From positions 1,984,001 to 2,048,000 of the forward strand of contig OY762654.1 of NCBI GenBank assembly GCA_963666205.1: a stretch of DNA of 64,000 bases. The letters run 5' to 3'. Below the pieces are notes generated by a model. The model worked only from the letters and a program-made list of their open reading frames with translations. It was not told the origin of the DNA and ran no database searches. Position 1 is the stretch's first letter, and the number at the start of each line of letters is the position of its first letter. The position numbers and the translations under genes are program-made. Shown in pieces: positions 47,737-58,258 of this stretch. The DNA comes from Synergistales bacterium. Its GTDB lineage: Bacteria > Synergistota > Synergistia > Synergistales > JAFGMB01.

Positions 47737-48882
47737 ATGCATACCATCCCTTTTACCAGGCCCTATATCTCTGGTAATGAACAGGAATACATAGGTCGGT
47801 TATTCAACGACGGGATTTTTGCTGGAAATGGTACTTTTTCCAGGCAGGCAGAAGATATTCTTCTGGAACTGACAGGAGCCAGGGGGGTATTCCTGACTTC
47901 CTCCGGTACTGCAGCTCTTGAGCTCATGTGTATGACCGCCGGTCTTAAACCTGGAGATGAGGTCATTCTACCCTCTTTTACCTATCCTTCCACGGCCAAT
48001 GCAATACTCAGGGTAGGTGCAGTTCCTGTATTCGTGGACATCCGAAGAGATACCTTCAATCTGGACCAGGAGCTCATAGAAAAAGCCATCTCGGAAAAGA
48101 CTAAAGCAGTAATGCCCGTCCACTACGCCGGCGTTTCATGTGATATGGAGTTCATTCGGGATCTTGCAGATAAATACCATCTTCTTGTCCTGGAAGATGC
48201 GGCTCAGGCTATAGATGCGTACCATTATTCTTCCCACCTGGGTACCTTGGGACATATGGGTGCTTTGAGTTTTCATGAGACCAAGAATATCCATTCCGGT
48301 CAGGGAGGGGCACTGCTCATAAATGAAGAAGAGATGATCCACCAGGCAGAGATCATTTTTGATCATGGTACTAACCGCAGACAGTTCCTGAGAGGGGAAT
48401 CGGATTCTTATTCCTGGAAGGATTCCGGCTCTTCCTTTTCCATGTCCGAGATAACTGCGGCCTTTCTTTCTGCCCAGCTTGAATCGGTTTCATCGGTTAC
48501 TGAAGAGAGAAGAAATATCTGGCATCTTTATCATGAGGTCTTTGCAAAATATGAAGAAGAGGGTTTTCTTCGAAGACCGGTCATTCCGGAATACTGTAAA
48601 CACAATGGACATTGTTATCCTCTGCTTTTCCCATCTCTGGAAATTCGGGAGAATATCCGCCATGGGTTGTCCGAAAAAGGAATTATGGCCCATTTTCACT
48701 ATGTTCCTCTCCACTCATCAGCCATGGGCAGAAGGATCTCCAGGTGGGGGGCCGATCTTCCAAATACAGACCATGTTTTCCGTTGTCTTCTGAGGATGCC
48801 CCTTTACAGCGGCCTTGATATTGATGAATGCCTCGAGCGTATCGAAGAGCTGTTTTCAGCAGGATTTTTTGGGGGAAAATGA
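47737..48882 (+). CDS. wecE: dTDP-4-amino-4,6-dideoxygalactose transaminase (DegT family)
   Basis: TAALE, PSFTYPSTANA, VHYAGVSCDM, EDAAQA, SFHETKN, GTNR, FHYVPLHSS. Confidence 0.85.
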   Translation: MHTIPFTRPYISGNEQEYIGRLFNDGIFAGNGTFSRQAEDILLELTGARGVFLTSSGTAALELMCMTAGLKPGDEVILPSFTYPSTANAILRVGAVPVFVDIRRDTFNLDQELIEKAISEKTKAVMPVHYAGVSCDMEFIRDLADKYHLLVLEDAAQAIDAYHYSSHLGTLGHMGALSFHETKNIHSGQGGALLINEEEMIHQAEIIFDHGTNRRQFLRGESDSYSWKDSGSSFSMSEITAAFLSAQLESVSSVTEERRNIWHLYHEVFAKYEEEGFLRRPVIPEYCKHNGHCYPLLFPSLEIRENIRHGLSEKGIMAHFHYVPLHSSAMGRRISRWGADLPNTDHVFRCLLRMPLYSGLDIDECLERIEELFSAGFFGGK

Positions 48883-49587
48883 ATGATCAGGAACTCTGTA
48901 GCCATCCTTCAGTCGAATTATATTCCCTGGAAGGGAAATTTCGACATGATCAACATGGTGGATGAATACGTTATTCTGGATGATGTCCAGTACACTAAAA
49001 GGGATTGGCGGAATCGTAACCGCATTGTTACTAAAGATGGAATTAAATGGTTAACAATACCGGTAAGGAATATATCCTTTCATCAGAAGATAATGGATAC
49101 GGAGATCGTATCAGATGAATGGGCAGAAAAACACTGGAAACTTCTGGAACAGAGCTATAAAGGGGCTCCATTTTTTTCTGAACTGGGATCCTGTATAAAA
49201 GAAATGTATGAAAAAGCTTCCGGAGAAAATTCTCTCAGCAGGATAAATTATATTTTCCTTCAGGGGATCTGCGGTCTTCTCGACATCGTCACGGATATCC
49301 AATGGTCCACATGTTATCATCCGGAAGGTATGAAAAGCGACAGGATCCTTGATATATGTGTAAAAGCCAAAGCAGATGAATATCTTTCCGGCCCGGCTGC
49401 CCGGAACTATCTTGATGTGAATGCTTTTGAAAAAAGGGGTATAGCTGTTAAATGGATGTCCTACGATGGATATCCTGAGTACGGTCAGCTCCATGGTCAT
49501 CCCTTTTCTCACAATGTGAGTATTATTGACCTGCTTTTCTGTACCGGTGTGGGAGGGGCAAGGCGGAATATGTTATCGTTCTCTTAA
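48883..49587 (+). CDS. WbqC family protein
   Basis: AILQSNYIPWKG, DDVQYTKRDWRNRNRI, YLSGPAARNY, SIIDLLF. Confidence 0.9.
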   Translation: MIRNSVAILQSNYIPWKGNFDMINMVDEYVILDDVQYTKRDWRNRNRIVTKDGIKWLTIPVRNISFHQKIMDTEIVSDEWAEKHWKLLEQSYKGAPFFSELGSCIKEMYEKASGENSLSRINYIFLQGICGLLDIVTDIQWSTCYHPEGMKSDRILDICVKAKADEYLSGPAARNYLDVNAFEKRGIAVKWMSYDGYPEYGQLHGHPFSHNVSIIDLLFCTGVGGARRNMLSFS

Positions 49588-49630
49588 CTGCAGGTTTTAT
49601 GGTGAGATGCTGATTACTGGAGGAGCGGTT

Positions 49631-50302
49631 ATGAAAAAGGCGAAAAAGGACATTATCCTTTATGGAATTGGAATAATGGCTCACTATGTAACAAGGGTCA
49701 TAGAAAAACATAACCTTTTCAATATCGTGTCATACACAGCTGACGAAGAGTATATTGACAGAAGGGAATTTCTGGGTAAACCCATTGTTCCCTTCGAGAA
49801 AGTCGGGGACCTTTTTCCTCCCGATAAATTTCTCATGCTCCTTCTCATAGGATATAAACGAATGCGGGACAGGAAAAAAATGTTTCTCAAGGCTAAAGAG
49901 AAGGGTTATTCCCTTCCTAACTGTATAGCGGGAAATGTCAATTATTTTGATGACCTTATTCTCGGAGAGAACAACATAATATTCAGCGGGACCTATATAG
50001 GGGTCGGTTCTACCATAGGCAATAACAATATCATCCGCCCCAATGTATATCTTGGCCATAATGTTTCCATGGGTGATCATTGCTATATCTCACCTGGATG
50101 CAATATTGGCGGAGGCTGTATTATTGAGGACATGTCCTTCATAGGACTTGGGAGTAACATTACCGATGGATTGAGAATATCGAGAGAAAATCTTATAGGG
50201 GCTGGAAGCCTTGTCCTGAAAGATACAGATCCTTTCGGCAGATATATTGGAAGTCCAGCTGTCAGGAAGAGCAGCCATGAGGAAGAGGGAATAAACTTCT
50301 GA
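49631..50302 (+). CDS. Hexapeptide-repeat sugar acyltransferase (NeuD/PglD-like)
   Basis: N-terminal IILYGIG Rossmann-like segment, left-handed beta-helix repeats with LGHN, IGAGSLV, GSPA; AGGAG RBS before ATG 49631. Confidence 0.88.
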   Translation: MKKAKKDIILYGIGIMAHYVTRVIEKHNLFNIVSYTADEEYIDRREFLGKPIVPFEKVGDLFPPDKFLMLLLIGYKRMRDRKKMFLKAKEKGYSLPNCIAGNVNYFDDLILGENNIIFSGTYIGVGSTIGNNNIIRPNVYLGHNVSMGDHCYISPGCNIGGGCIIEDMSFIGLGSNITDGLRISRENLIGAGSLVLKDTDPFGRYIGSPAVRKSSHEEEGINF

Positions 50303-50327
50303 ATCCTTAAATAAGGGAGGCAGGAAG

Positions 50328-51188
50328 ATGACAGAGTTGATAGTGAATTTTACTCCAACCGGTATGATCCCGACAAAGGAAATGACATCGCATGTTCCCG
50401 TTTCAACGGATGAGATCGTGGAAGATGTACATGAAGCCTATGAACTTGGTATCACCATGGTCCATCTTCATGCCCGTGACCCGAAAGACGGAACCCCTAC
50501 ATGGTTCCCGGATATATATGCGGATATCATAGGAAGAATAAGATACTTCGCCCCGGATCTTATAATCTGTGCTTCCCTCAGTGGCCGTATCTTTCATGAT
50601 CTTGAAAAAAGAGCAGCTGTACTTGATCTCGACGGTGACTTGAAGCCAGATATGGGAAGCCTTACGCTTAGTTCCCTCAATTTCAACAGGCAGGCCAGTG
50701 TGAATTCACCTGAAGTGATCATGGGCCTGGCTTCACGCATGAAAGAGAGAAAGATCAAACCTGAGCTGGAAGCTTTTGATGCAGGTATGATAAATTATTC
50801 GAAATATCTTCTAAAGAAGGGTCTTCTTTCTCCACCCCATTATTTTAACCTTATCCTGGGCAATGTCGCCTGTGCACAGGCAGACCTCCTCCATGCCGGT
50901 CTCCTTATCAGGGATCTCCCGCCACAGAGTTACTGGTCACTGGGAGGTATTGGAGATCAGCAGATAGTAATGAATTCTGTTGCCATCTCAATAGGGGGTG
51001 GAGTAAGGGTGGGTCTCGAGGATAATTACTGGTTCGATTCGGGGAGAACAAAACTGGCCAGGAATATAGATCTTCTGCAGAGGATAAATGTTATAGCCCA
51101 GGCCAACGAAAGAAATATTATGAAGCCTGCGACTCTGAGAGAAAAGCTCGGATTAAAACCTGGCCATGGAGAATATGGGACTTTATGA
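50328..51188 (+). CDS. BKACE family beta-keto acid cleavage enzyme (DUF849, Kce-like)
   Basis: PTG, VHLHAR, PDMGSL, KPELEAFD, VRVGLEDN. Confidence 0.9.
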   Translation: MTELIVNFTPTGMIPTKEMTSHVPVSTDEIVEDVHEAYELGITMVHLHARDPKDGTPTWFPDIYADIIGRIRYFAPDLIICASLSGRIFHDLEKRAAVLDLDGDLKPDMGSLTLSSLNFNRQASVNSPEVIMGLASRMKERKIKPELEAFDAGMINYSKYLLKKGLLSPPHYFNLILGNVACAQADLLHAGLLIRDLPPQSYWSLGGIGDQQIVMNSVAISIGGGVRVGLEDNYWFDSGRTKLARNIDLLQRINVIAQANERNIMKPATLREKLGLKPGHGEYGTL

Positions 51189-51203
51189 TCGAGGGATCAA
51201 TTG

Positions 51204-52235
51204 ATGAATACTGAAAAATGCTCTCCTCAAATTTCAATAGTTATACCTGTCTTTAACAGTGCTGAATCCCTGAAAGTACTGGTAGAAAAGATATCCTCTG
51301 TTATGGAAGATCGGTTGGGTTCCACATATGAGATCCTTTTTGTGGATGACTGCTCTCCTAATGAGCATACCTGGGAGATAATCCAAAGCCTTGCAGATAC
51401 AAAAGCGGAAGTTAAAGGGATAAGACTCCGGAAAAATGTCGGTCAGCATCAGGCTACCTTCTGCGGATTCTCCCTTGCATCCGGAGGCACTATCATAACC
51501 ATGGATGACGATCTGCAGCATGATCCTGGAGATATCCCCTTCCTTCTTGAATGCTCCGGGGCAGATGCGGTTATTGCAGTCTTTAAGAGTAAAAAACAGG
51601 GTTTATTCAGAAATATTACAAGCAGGATAAAGGAGTTTTTCGATACTGCCATTCTTAAAAAGCCATCAGACATTAAACTGACGTCGTCTTTCAGGGTCAT
51701 TAAAAAAGAGATCGTCAGGGAGATACTGAAAGTCCATACATCATTTCCCCTTGTGGGATCTCTTATCTGGTCTGTTACGGACAACATCGTCAACATTCCC
51801 CTTGACCATCATCCCCGTCATAGCGGGAAAAGCGGATATTCTTTTTTCAGAAGGCTGACATTATTCTCTAATCTTGTTTTTAATCACTCATCCCTGATCC
51901 TCAGGTTCATGTCAAAGCTGGGTATTCTTACAGCTTTTGCCGGGATCACTTTCGGTATTATCCTTGCAGGGAGGAAGATATTGTTTGGCAATGTGGCCCA
52001 GGGCTGGACTTCTCTGGAGGTCACTATCCTTGTATTAGGTGGTCTTATCCTTCTCTCCCTTGGTGTAATAGGGGAGTATCTATACAGAATACTTACGGCG
52101 GTGGAAATCCGGCCCCGTTATGTAATAGATTCTACGATCAATATAGATAAATTGCAGGAAGATAAGGAGCTTGGGAAGGATAACGTTTCTATTCCTGTAT
52201 TTGAAGCCTCCGAGGGCATAAAAAGGGGCCAATAG
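51204..52235 (+). CDS. GT2 polyprenol-phosphate glycosyltransferase (ArnC/GtrB-like)
   Basis: IVIPVFN, VDDCS, GQHQA, MDDDLQHDP, two C-terminal TM segments, GVIGEYL.R. Confidence 0.9.
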   Translation: MNTEKCSPQISIVIPVFNSAESLKVLVEKISSVMEDRLGSTYEILFVDDCSPNEHTWEIIQSLADTKAEVKGIRLRKNVGQHQATFCGFSLASGGTIITMDDDLQHDPGDIPFLLECSGADAVIAVFKSKKQGLFRNITSRIKEFFDTAILKKPSDIKLTSSFRVIKKEIVREILKVHTSFPLVGSLIWSVTDNIVNIPLDHHPRHSGKSGYSFFRRLTLFSNLVFNHSSLILRFMSKLGILTAFAGITFGIILAGRKILFGNVAQGWTSLEVTILVLGGLILLSLGVIGEYLYRILTAVEIRPRYVIDSTINIDKLQEDKELGKDNVSIPVFEASEGIKRGQ

Positions 52236-52239
52236 AAAG

Positions 52240-52584
52240 ATGAAAGGAAAGGGTCTTTACGATCATTTAACTTTACAGATAGCTTATTTTATTTTCTCCC
52301 TGGCTGTCCTGAGCATGAAATATGCTTCAACCTTTGCTTTCGGCTCAGTTTCTTTCCTGAAATATTATCTTCTCTCCCTTCTCTTAATGGCCAGTTATGC
52401 TTTTTTCTGGCAGAAAGTCCTGGCCATTTATCCGCTTACCAGGGCTTATTCATGGAAATCCCTGGTATTCCTCTGGGTTTTTATTTTCTCAATTTTCCTT
52501 TTCAATGAATCGGTAACCTGGAAGAATATTGCCGGGGCACTTCTTATTGTTTCGGGAGCCATAATGGTGAACTCAAGTGAATAA
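52240..52584 (+). CDS. Small 4-TM EamA/SMR-like protein (ArnE/F-like flippase subunit)
   Basis: 114 aa; WQKVL...PLTRAY, LFNESVT. Confidence 0.78.
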   Translation: MKGKGLYDHLTLQIAYFIFSLAVLSMKYASTFAFGSVSFLKYYLLSLLLMASYAFFWQKVLAIYPLTRAYSWKSLVFLWVFIFSIFLFNESVTWKNIAGALLIVSGAIMVNSSE

Positions 52585-52912
52585 ATACTATATTTTCTTT
52601 CTTTCGGGAGTTCTTGTTTCATCTCTCGCCCAGATCATATTGAAAAAAAGTGCGGTCAGAAAATACTCTACGGTTTCAGGAAGATATCTGAACCCGGGAG
52701 TGTTTTCAGGTTATTTCATCTTATTCTGTGTAACCCTGCTTACGGCATTTGCCTACAGGGGTATACCTTTGAAGGCGGGTCCAGTCCTTCAGTCCTCAGG
52801 TTATATATTCATAGCCCTTCTTAGCAGGTTCCTCCTTGGAGAAAAACTCTCCTTAAGTCAGTGGAAGGGTATCTTTCTTATAATCACAGGTATTATCGTT
52901 TTTCACTTATAG
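52577..52912 (+). CDS. Small 4-TM EamA/SMR-like protein (ArnE/F-like flippase subunit)
   Basis: 111 aa; AQIILKKSA, LLGEKLS. Confidence 0.78.
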   Translation: MNKYYIFFLSGVLVSSLAQIILKKSAVRKYSTVSGRYLNPGVFSGYFILFCVTLLTAFAYRGIPLKAGPVLQSSGYIFIALLSRFLLGEKLSLSQWKGIFLIITGIIVFHL

Positions 52913-52921
52913 GAGGTATTC

Positions 52922-54691
52922 ATGAAGCCTTTACATCCTGAACCAGTTTACAGTAAATCAAACCTTTTTCTGAAGATCCTTATATTGGTCTGGCCTTTTC
53001 TTTTTATATGGCAGGGCGTAGATCTTACGGACACAGGATATCTCCTCTCAGGAGGGCAGCAGGTTTTTGTCGAGCCTCAGAATGTTCAGTTCAGCTATCT
53101 CCTTTCATTTGTTATCACGGGTATCTGGAGTCGTATTACAGCGTCCCTTGGATTGATGGGAGCCTATCTCGGGGGGGCCTTTCTTTACATCCTTACAGCT
53201 TTTTGTGTTTACAGGACTTTACGAAAACAGATGCCGGAAAGGATCCTGCTGTTGGGACTGCTTCTGGCCGTTATGATCCCCAATCTCATGAGATATATTA
53301 ATTACAACAACCTCACATCACTTTTCTTTGTCCTGGGGTCGGCTGTATTAATCAAGGCTTTCACCAGCCATAGAGAGTTCGATTACTTCCTTGCAGGGAT
53401 CATTTTCGGATCAAGCTTTTATCTTCGTCTGCCCAACCTGGTTTCCATTTCTCTGTCTTTAGTCATAGTGGCAGGACATTATCTCAATGGATCAGCCTGG
53501 AAAGACATTCTGAAAGGCTCTCTGTTTTTTATTTCAGGTTTTATTTCTGCTTTGATAGTGCCCTTTATGATCCTTCACATCTGGGGCCTGTCGGATCATT
53601 ATTTTGAGACATTTCAGCGCCTGTTGAGTTTTATGACAGATTCCTCCTCCCATCATTCAGGGGAAGGGCTGATACGTAAAGTGATCCTCGATTTTGACAG
53701 GACCTTTGCTGCGTTTTTTAAAAGTTTCATTATCCTTGCCATCCTGGCAAAAATAAACGATATCTTCCAGAGCCGCATCCTGCGTACAATTACCATAGTC
53801 CTTTCTCTTGCCGTTGTTTTCCTGATCGGATCAGGTTTTATAGGTAAGACGGCAGCTTATCATTACTATATTCTTGGCTTTATCGAATTTATGCTTCTCC
53901 TGCAGGTCCTGGGATTCACATCATCAGAGGGAGAGATCCGTTTTGCCAGTCTCTTGGCTTTTATGGTCATGATGTTCGGCATGGCCGGCTCCAACACTGG
54001 ACTGAGTGCCGCCCGTTATAACCTGTGGCTTGCTCTTCCTTTAAGCCTTCACGGTCTGTTTACCTTAAAAGGATTATATTTGTGCGAATTTCTCAACGTG
54101 GAGAAAGGAGTAAAAGTTCAGAATGGTGGGATATCACTGTTCAGCGAAAAGGGGATGAAAATGACAAGGAAAATCATCTCCATTTCCATGGCCCTGTTTT
54201 TCCTTATTCTGTGTTATCGTTTCAGTTATAAGGATTCAGAACAGAGATACCTGCTGCGTTACAATATCGACCACCCTAAGATGCAGTATGTCTTTACCAC
54301 CCGTGAAAGAGCTGAGGTAATGACAGAAGCGCTGAATGAGATCTCTAAATATGTTCTGCCAGGGGACTACCTCCTGGCATATAATTATGTACCTCTTTTC
54401 TATTACCTCACAGATACAAGACCCTATGTGTATCATTCCTGGCCGGAGATGTATTCTCCTGAACAGCTGATAGATAAACTTAAACAGGCTATCGCAGAGA
54501 GACATGGCCTTCCCCCTGTGATCAGGGCAAAGTATCCACCCCTTAACGATTCCTGGCCGGAGAAACATTTATCAGGCAGGGGGTCAGTCAGACATCACCA
54601 GGTCTTTGATGAATTTCTGAAACAGGGTAAATATCTACAGGTGTGGGAAAACGAGTTTTTCCAGATCCTTCTGCCGCCGTCGTCATGGTAG
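52922..54691 (+). CDS. Polytopic membrane protein, probable GT-C lipid-donor glycosyltransferase
   Basis: Acidic DLTDTG motif after TM1, many TM segments, soluble C-terminal domain; last gene after GT2 and flippase genes. Confidence 0.6.
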   Translation: MKPLHPEPVYSKSNLFLKILILVWPFLFIWQGVDLTDTGYLLSGGQQVFVEPQNVQFSYLLSFVITGIWSRITASLGLMGAYLGGAFLYILTAFCVYRTLRKQMPERILLLGLLLAVMIPNLMRYINYNNLTSLFFVLGSAVLIKAFTSHREFDYFLAGIIFGSSFYLRLPNLVSISLSLVIVAGHYLNGSAWKDILKGSLFFISGFISALIVPFMILHIWGLSDHYFETFQRLLSFMTDSSSHHSGEGLIRKVILDFDRTFAAFFKSFIILAILAKINDIFQSRILRTITIVLSLAVVFLIGSGFIGKTAAYHYYILGFIEFMLLLQVLGFTSSEGEIRFASLLAFMVMMFGMAGSNTGLSAARYNLWLALPLSLHGLFTLKGLYLCEFLNVEKGVKVQNGGISLFSEKGMKMTRKIISISMALFFLILCYRFSYKDSEQRYLLRYNIDHPKMQYVFTTRERAEVMTEALNEISKYVLPGDYLLAYNYVPLFYYLTDTRPYVYHSWPEMYSPEQLIDKLKQAIAERHGLPPVIRAKYPPLNDSWPEKHLSGRGSVRHHQVFDEFLKQGKYLQVWENEFFQILLPPSSW

Positions 54692-54763
54692 TGTGACGAT
54701 GGAAAGATTCTCTTATTCTGCTTAAGAATAGAGTCAGGAGAGGAAGAAAATATTCAGGGCGAT

Positions 54764-55633
54764 CTATTGCAGAAGTTCGATCAGGTATTTCCCATAACTG
54801 TTTCTGGAGAGAGGTCCTGCAAGTTTCTGCAGTTGTTCCCTGTTGATGAAACCCTTGTGAAAGGCTATTTCTTCAGGGCAGGAAACCATGAGTCCCTGCC
54901 TCTTCTGGATGACCTGTATGAAGTTCGATGCTTCCAGAAGGCTTTCATGGGTTCCTGTATCCAGCCAGGCAAAACCTCTCCCGAGGAGTTCGGTATGTAA
55001 TTCCTCTTTTTCCATGTAGAGCCTGTTAAGATCTGTAATCTCAAGTTCTCCCCGTTTTGAAGGTTTCAGGGTCTCAGCAAGTTCCACCACCTGTTCATCA
55101 TAGAAGTATAAACCCACGAGGGCATAGTTTGATCTTGGATGAAGGGGTTTTTCCTCCATGCTTATGACCTTTCCGGAACTGTCGAACTCAACAACTCCAT
55201 ATCTTTCAGGGTCTTTGACAGGATATCCGAATACGGTTGCTCCCTTATTCTGCCTGACCGCTTTTTCAAGAACTCCGCTGAAACCACTTCCGTAAAAGAT
55301 ATTGTCACCCAGTACAAGGGCACATCCTTGTCCTGAGATGAAGTCTTTCCCGATTATGAAGGCCTGGGGAAGTCCGTCAGGTTCTTTCTGTATGGCATAG
55401 GATATGGAAAGCCCCCACTGGGATCCGTCTCCAAGAAGCTGAACAAAGTCAGCTTTGTCCCGGGGCGTTGTTATGATAAGGATATTTCTGATACCGGCAA
55501 GCATCAATGTGCTCAAAGAGTAATAGATCATAGGTTTGTCATAAACCGGCATGAGCTGTTTGCTTACCGGAATGGTCAGAGGGTAGAGTCTTGTGCCGTA
55601 TCCTCCAGCCAGTATGATCCCCTTTTCTATCAT
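54764..55633 (-). CDS. rfbA: Glucose-1-phosphate thymidylyltransferase
   Basis: [43 protein letters not shown]. Confidence 0.96.
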   Translation of the reverse strand: MIEKGIILAGGYGTRLYPLTIPVSKQLMPVYDKPMIYYSLSTLMLAGIRNILIITTPRDKADFVQLLGDGSQWGLSISYAIQKEPDGLPQAFIIGKDFISGQGCALVLGDNIFYGSGFSGVLEKAVRQNKGATVFGYPVKDPERYGVVEFDSSGKVISMEEKPLHPRSNYALVGLYFYDEQVVELAETLKPSKRGELEITDLNRLYMEKEELHTELLGRGFAWLDTGTHESLLEASNFIQVIQKRQGLMVSCPEEIAFHKGFINREQLQKLAGPLSRNSYGKYLIELLQ

Positions 55634-55650
55634 GGTATCAGTCCTTTCAT

Positions 55651-56715
55651 TCAGTATTTCCGTTCCCCGAGTCCGAGCCTTTCCATCCCATATTTACCCT
55701 TTGTAACTCCATTTATCCAGGACCTGTTTTCAAGATACCACCTGACAGTTTTTTCAAGGCCCGACTGAAAAGTCTCCCTGGGTTCCCAGCCTGTCTGTTT
55801 TCTTATTTTCCCGGAGTCCATGGCATATCTTCTATCGTGGCCAGGCCTGTCACCTACAAAATCTATGAGTTTTCTGAAGTCTTTGATCACCGGGTCGGGT
55901 TTCAATTTATTCAACAGATCGCATATATTCTCCACTACTTCCAGGTTGGATCTTTCGCAGTTACCCCCGATGTTATAGTTTTCGCCGGGTGTTCCCCTGG
56001 AAAGTACCGAGACCAGTGCCCTGCAGTGATCTTCAACGAAAAGCCAGTCTCTGATATTGGCTCCGTCACCATATACAGGTAATTTCTCTGACCTGAGAAT
56101 TTTCTCGATCATAAGGGGAATGAGTTTTTCCGGAAACTGAAAGGGGCCATAGTTGTTTGAGGAATTGGTTATTATTCCAGGCAGTCCATAGGTTGCATGG
56201 TATGCCCGTACCAGGTGATCAGAAGAGGCTTTTGATGCAGAATAAGGGGATCCCGGGGCATAGGGAGTGGTTTCTGTAAAATAACCTTCCTTACCCAGGG
56301 AACCGTAAACTTCGTCTGTTGAAACATGTAGAAATCTGAACCTGCGTTTATCTTCTTCAGAGAGGAAATTCCAGTAGTATCGTGTAGCTTCAAGGAGTTG
56401 AAAGGTGCCAGAGATATTAGTGTTTATGAAGTCTGCCGGATCATCTATGGATCGGTCCACATGGGTTTCTGCTGCAAGGTTTATCACGGCCCTGGGGGTA
56501 TATTTTTTTAAAAGGCTGGAAACGAGTGTACTATCCCCGATATCCCCCCTGACGAAGAGATGTCTCTCATGGCCAATTACATCGGAAAGTGAATCCATAT
56601 TCCCTGCATAGGTAAGTTTATCGAGGTTGATCACATTCCTTGATTCATGTAAAAGAAGATATTTTACCAGGTTGCTTCCTATAAAACCCGCTCCGCCTGT
56701 AACAAGGATAGTCAT
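55651..56715 (-). CDS. rfbB: dTDP-glucose 4,6-dehydratase
   Basis: [41 protein letters not shown]; start at MTILVTGG. Confidence 0.96.
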   Translation of the reverse strand: MTILVTGGAGFIGSNLVKYLLLHESRNVINLDKLTYAGNMDSLSDVIGHERHLFVRGDIGDSTLVSSLLKKYTPRAVINLAAETHVDRSIDDPADFINTNISGTFQLLEATRYYWNFLSEEDKRRFRFLHVSTDEVYGSLGKEGYFTETTPYAPGSPYSASKASSDHLVRAYHATYGLPGIITNSSNNYGPFQFPEKLIPLMIEKILRSEKLPVYGDGANIRDWLFVEDHCRALVSVLSRGTPGENYNIGGNCERSNLEVVENICDLLNKLKPDPVIKDFRKLIDFVGDRPGHDRRYAMDSGKIRKQTGWEPRETFQSGLEKTVRWYLENRSWINGVTKGKYGMERLGLGERKY

Positions 56716-56890
56716 GGCAGTCTCTCCGGATCTGAATTTTCCTTCTCTCTTATGAAGTGTACTTGAATTTGAATATTTATCCAAGCAATAGATATTCCTT
56801 TTTCTTAAACGCAAAAAGGGGAATTCCGGATTTCATCTTTCTCTGGAATCTTCAAGGGTTTCTGTTGCTGCTGTTCCCTTGATTATATCT

Positions 56891-56930
56891 TTCTTAATAT
56901 TTCTTAACACTCTTGAACCGCATCTTAACA
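56891..56930 (+). promoter_or_regulatory. ~10-bp-phased direct repeats, candidate OmpR-family response-regulator site
   Basis: TTCTTAA at 56891 and 56901, TCTTGAA at 56911, TCTTAA at 56923, upstream of the TolC operon. Confidence 0.45.
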
Positions 56931-56995
56931 GACCAGGATATATACTGCTTTCAAGATGTGAATGAGATAGTAAACATTGCACATGGAGGTTCTGC

Positions 56996-58258
56996 ATGAA
57001 AAAGGTCTTATCGCTATTTATTACAGTTTTAATGTTCGTGCCCTCTCTTGCAGGGGCAGTGGAAATTGAGGAAGGACAGAGTCTGACCCTGGAACAATGT
57101 ATGGAGATCGCCCTCGAGATGCATCCGGATCTCCGGGGGGCAAAAGCCCGGATCGATGCCAGAGAAAGCGTCGTATCACAAGTCAGGACAGCCTGGAAAC
57201 CGGAGGTGGGTCTTTCCAGCAGTTATAACAGGCGTTCAGTAACTGATGATGGATACGACAGGTATTCCAGCAGCGTAAGTGTTTCTCAGCTTATAAGCGA
57301 TGGTGGGAAGACCAGGAGCCAGGTGAATGTGGCTGAAATAGATCTCCAGTCATCCGGATATGACTATGATGACATGGTCCAGGCCCTGATTTTTGATGTG
57401 AAGGATACTTATTTTGCTCTTCTCAGGGCAAATAAAGAAGAGGAAGTGGTTCAGGAAGCAGTGAAGATGTATGAACACCATCTGGAACAGGCCCGGGGAT
57501 ATTATGAGGTGGGAAGGGTTTCCAGATATGATGTGACCACTGCAGAAGTGGATCTCAGCAATGCAAGACTGAACCTTATCAGGGCAAAGACCTCTGTCAA
57601 AACGGCCAGGTCAGGTCTTAACAATGCCCTTGGTTATCCGGATGCACCCCTGTTCTCAATAGAAGACATGCTGACCTATGAGAAGATCGAACTTACCAGG
57701 GAAAAAGCTCTTGCAATGGCCTTCGATATGAGGCCTGACCTGAAGTCCCTGGAAGCAAAGAAAAGGGCCTCGGAAGAATCTGTTCTGCTTGCTGCAAGAT
57801 CCAATTCTCCAACCTTGTCTGCAACTGCAGGATATTCCTGGGGGGATGATGATTTTACTGGAGATGAAGAACTCTATGTCGGGATCTCCCTGAATGTATC
57901 TCTTTATGATGGAGGTCTGGCGAAGGAAAAAATAAGGGGAGCCCGGGCAGATCTTGCAGGAAAAGAGGCGGATCTTCAAGGCCTTGAACAGGATGTGATC
58001 CTGGAAGTGGAAAAGGCTTACCTGGAAGTAGAGGATTCAGAACAGGCCATTCTCACCGCAGACAAAATTGTTCAGCAGGCCAGGGAAAATCTGGATCTTG
58101 CCAACGGAAGATATGAGGTGGGAGTCGGTTCGCCTATTGAAGTAACGGATGCTACAGAAAATTATATCAATGCAAGGAATACATATTACACCGCTCTTTA
58201 CGATTATCGATCAGCCCTTGCGGCTCTGGAGAAAGCAATTGGAGGTAAGGTGAAATGA
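56996..58258 (+). CDS. TolC family outer-membrane efflux protein
   Basis: Signal peptide; LTLEQCMEIALEMHPDL, two helical repeats, RYEVGVGSPIEV. Confidence 0.92.
   Translation: MKKVLSLFITVLMFVPSLAGAVEIEEGQSLTLEQCMEIALEMHPDLRGAKARIDARESVVSQVRTAWKPEVGLSSSYNRRSVTDDGYDRYSSSVSVSQLISDGGKTRSQVNVAEIDLQSSGYDYDDMVQALIFDVKDTYFALLRANKEEEVVQEAVKMYEHHLEQARGYYEVGRVSRYDVTTAEVDLSNARLNLIRAKTSVKTARSGLNNALGYPDAPLFSIEDMLTYEKIELTREKALAMAFDMRPDLKSLEAKKRASEESVLLAARSNSPTLSATAGYSWGDDDFTGDEELYVGISLNVSLYDGGLAKEKIRGARADLAGKEADLQGLEQDVILEVEKAYLEVEDSEQAILTADKIVQQARENLDLANGRYEVGVGSPIEVTDATENYINARNTYYTALYDYRSALAALEKAIGGKVK

Noticed and set aside
50328-51188. BKACE as part of lysine fermentation (kce)
   Set aside because: No kamA, kamDE, kdd or kal nearby, it is embedded in a sugar operon, and it lacks the N-terminal Glu expected for Kce.
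54764-56715. Complete dTDP-rhamnose or O-antigen cluster
   Set aside because: rfbC, rfbD, wzx and wzy are absent from the window; rfbAB is better explained as feeding the adjacent transaminase.
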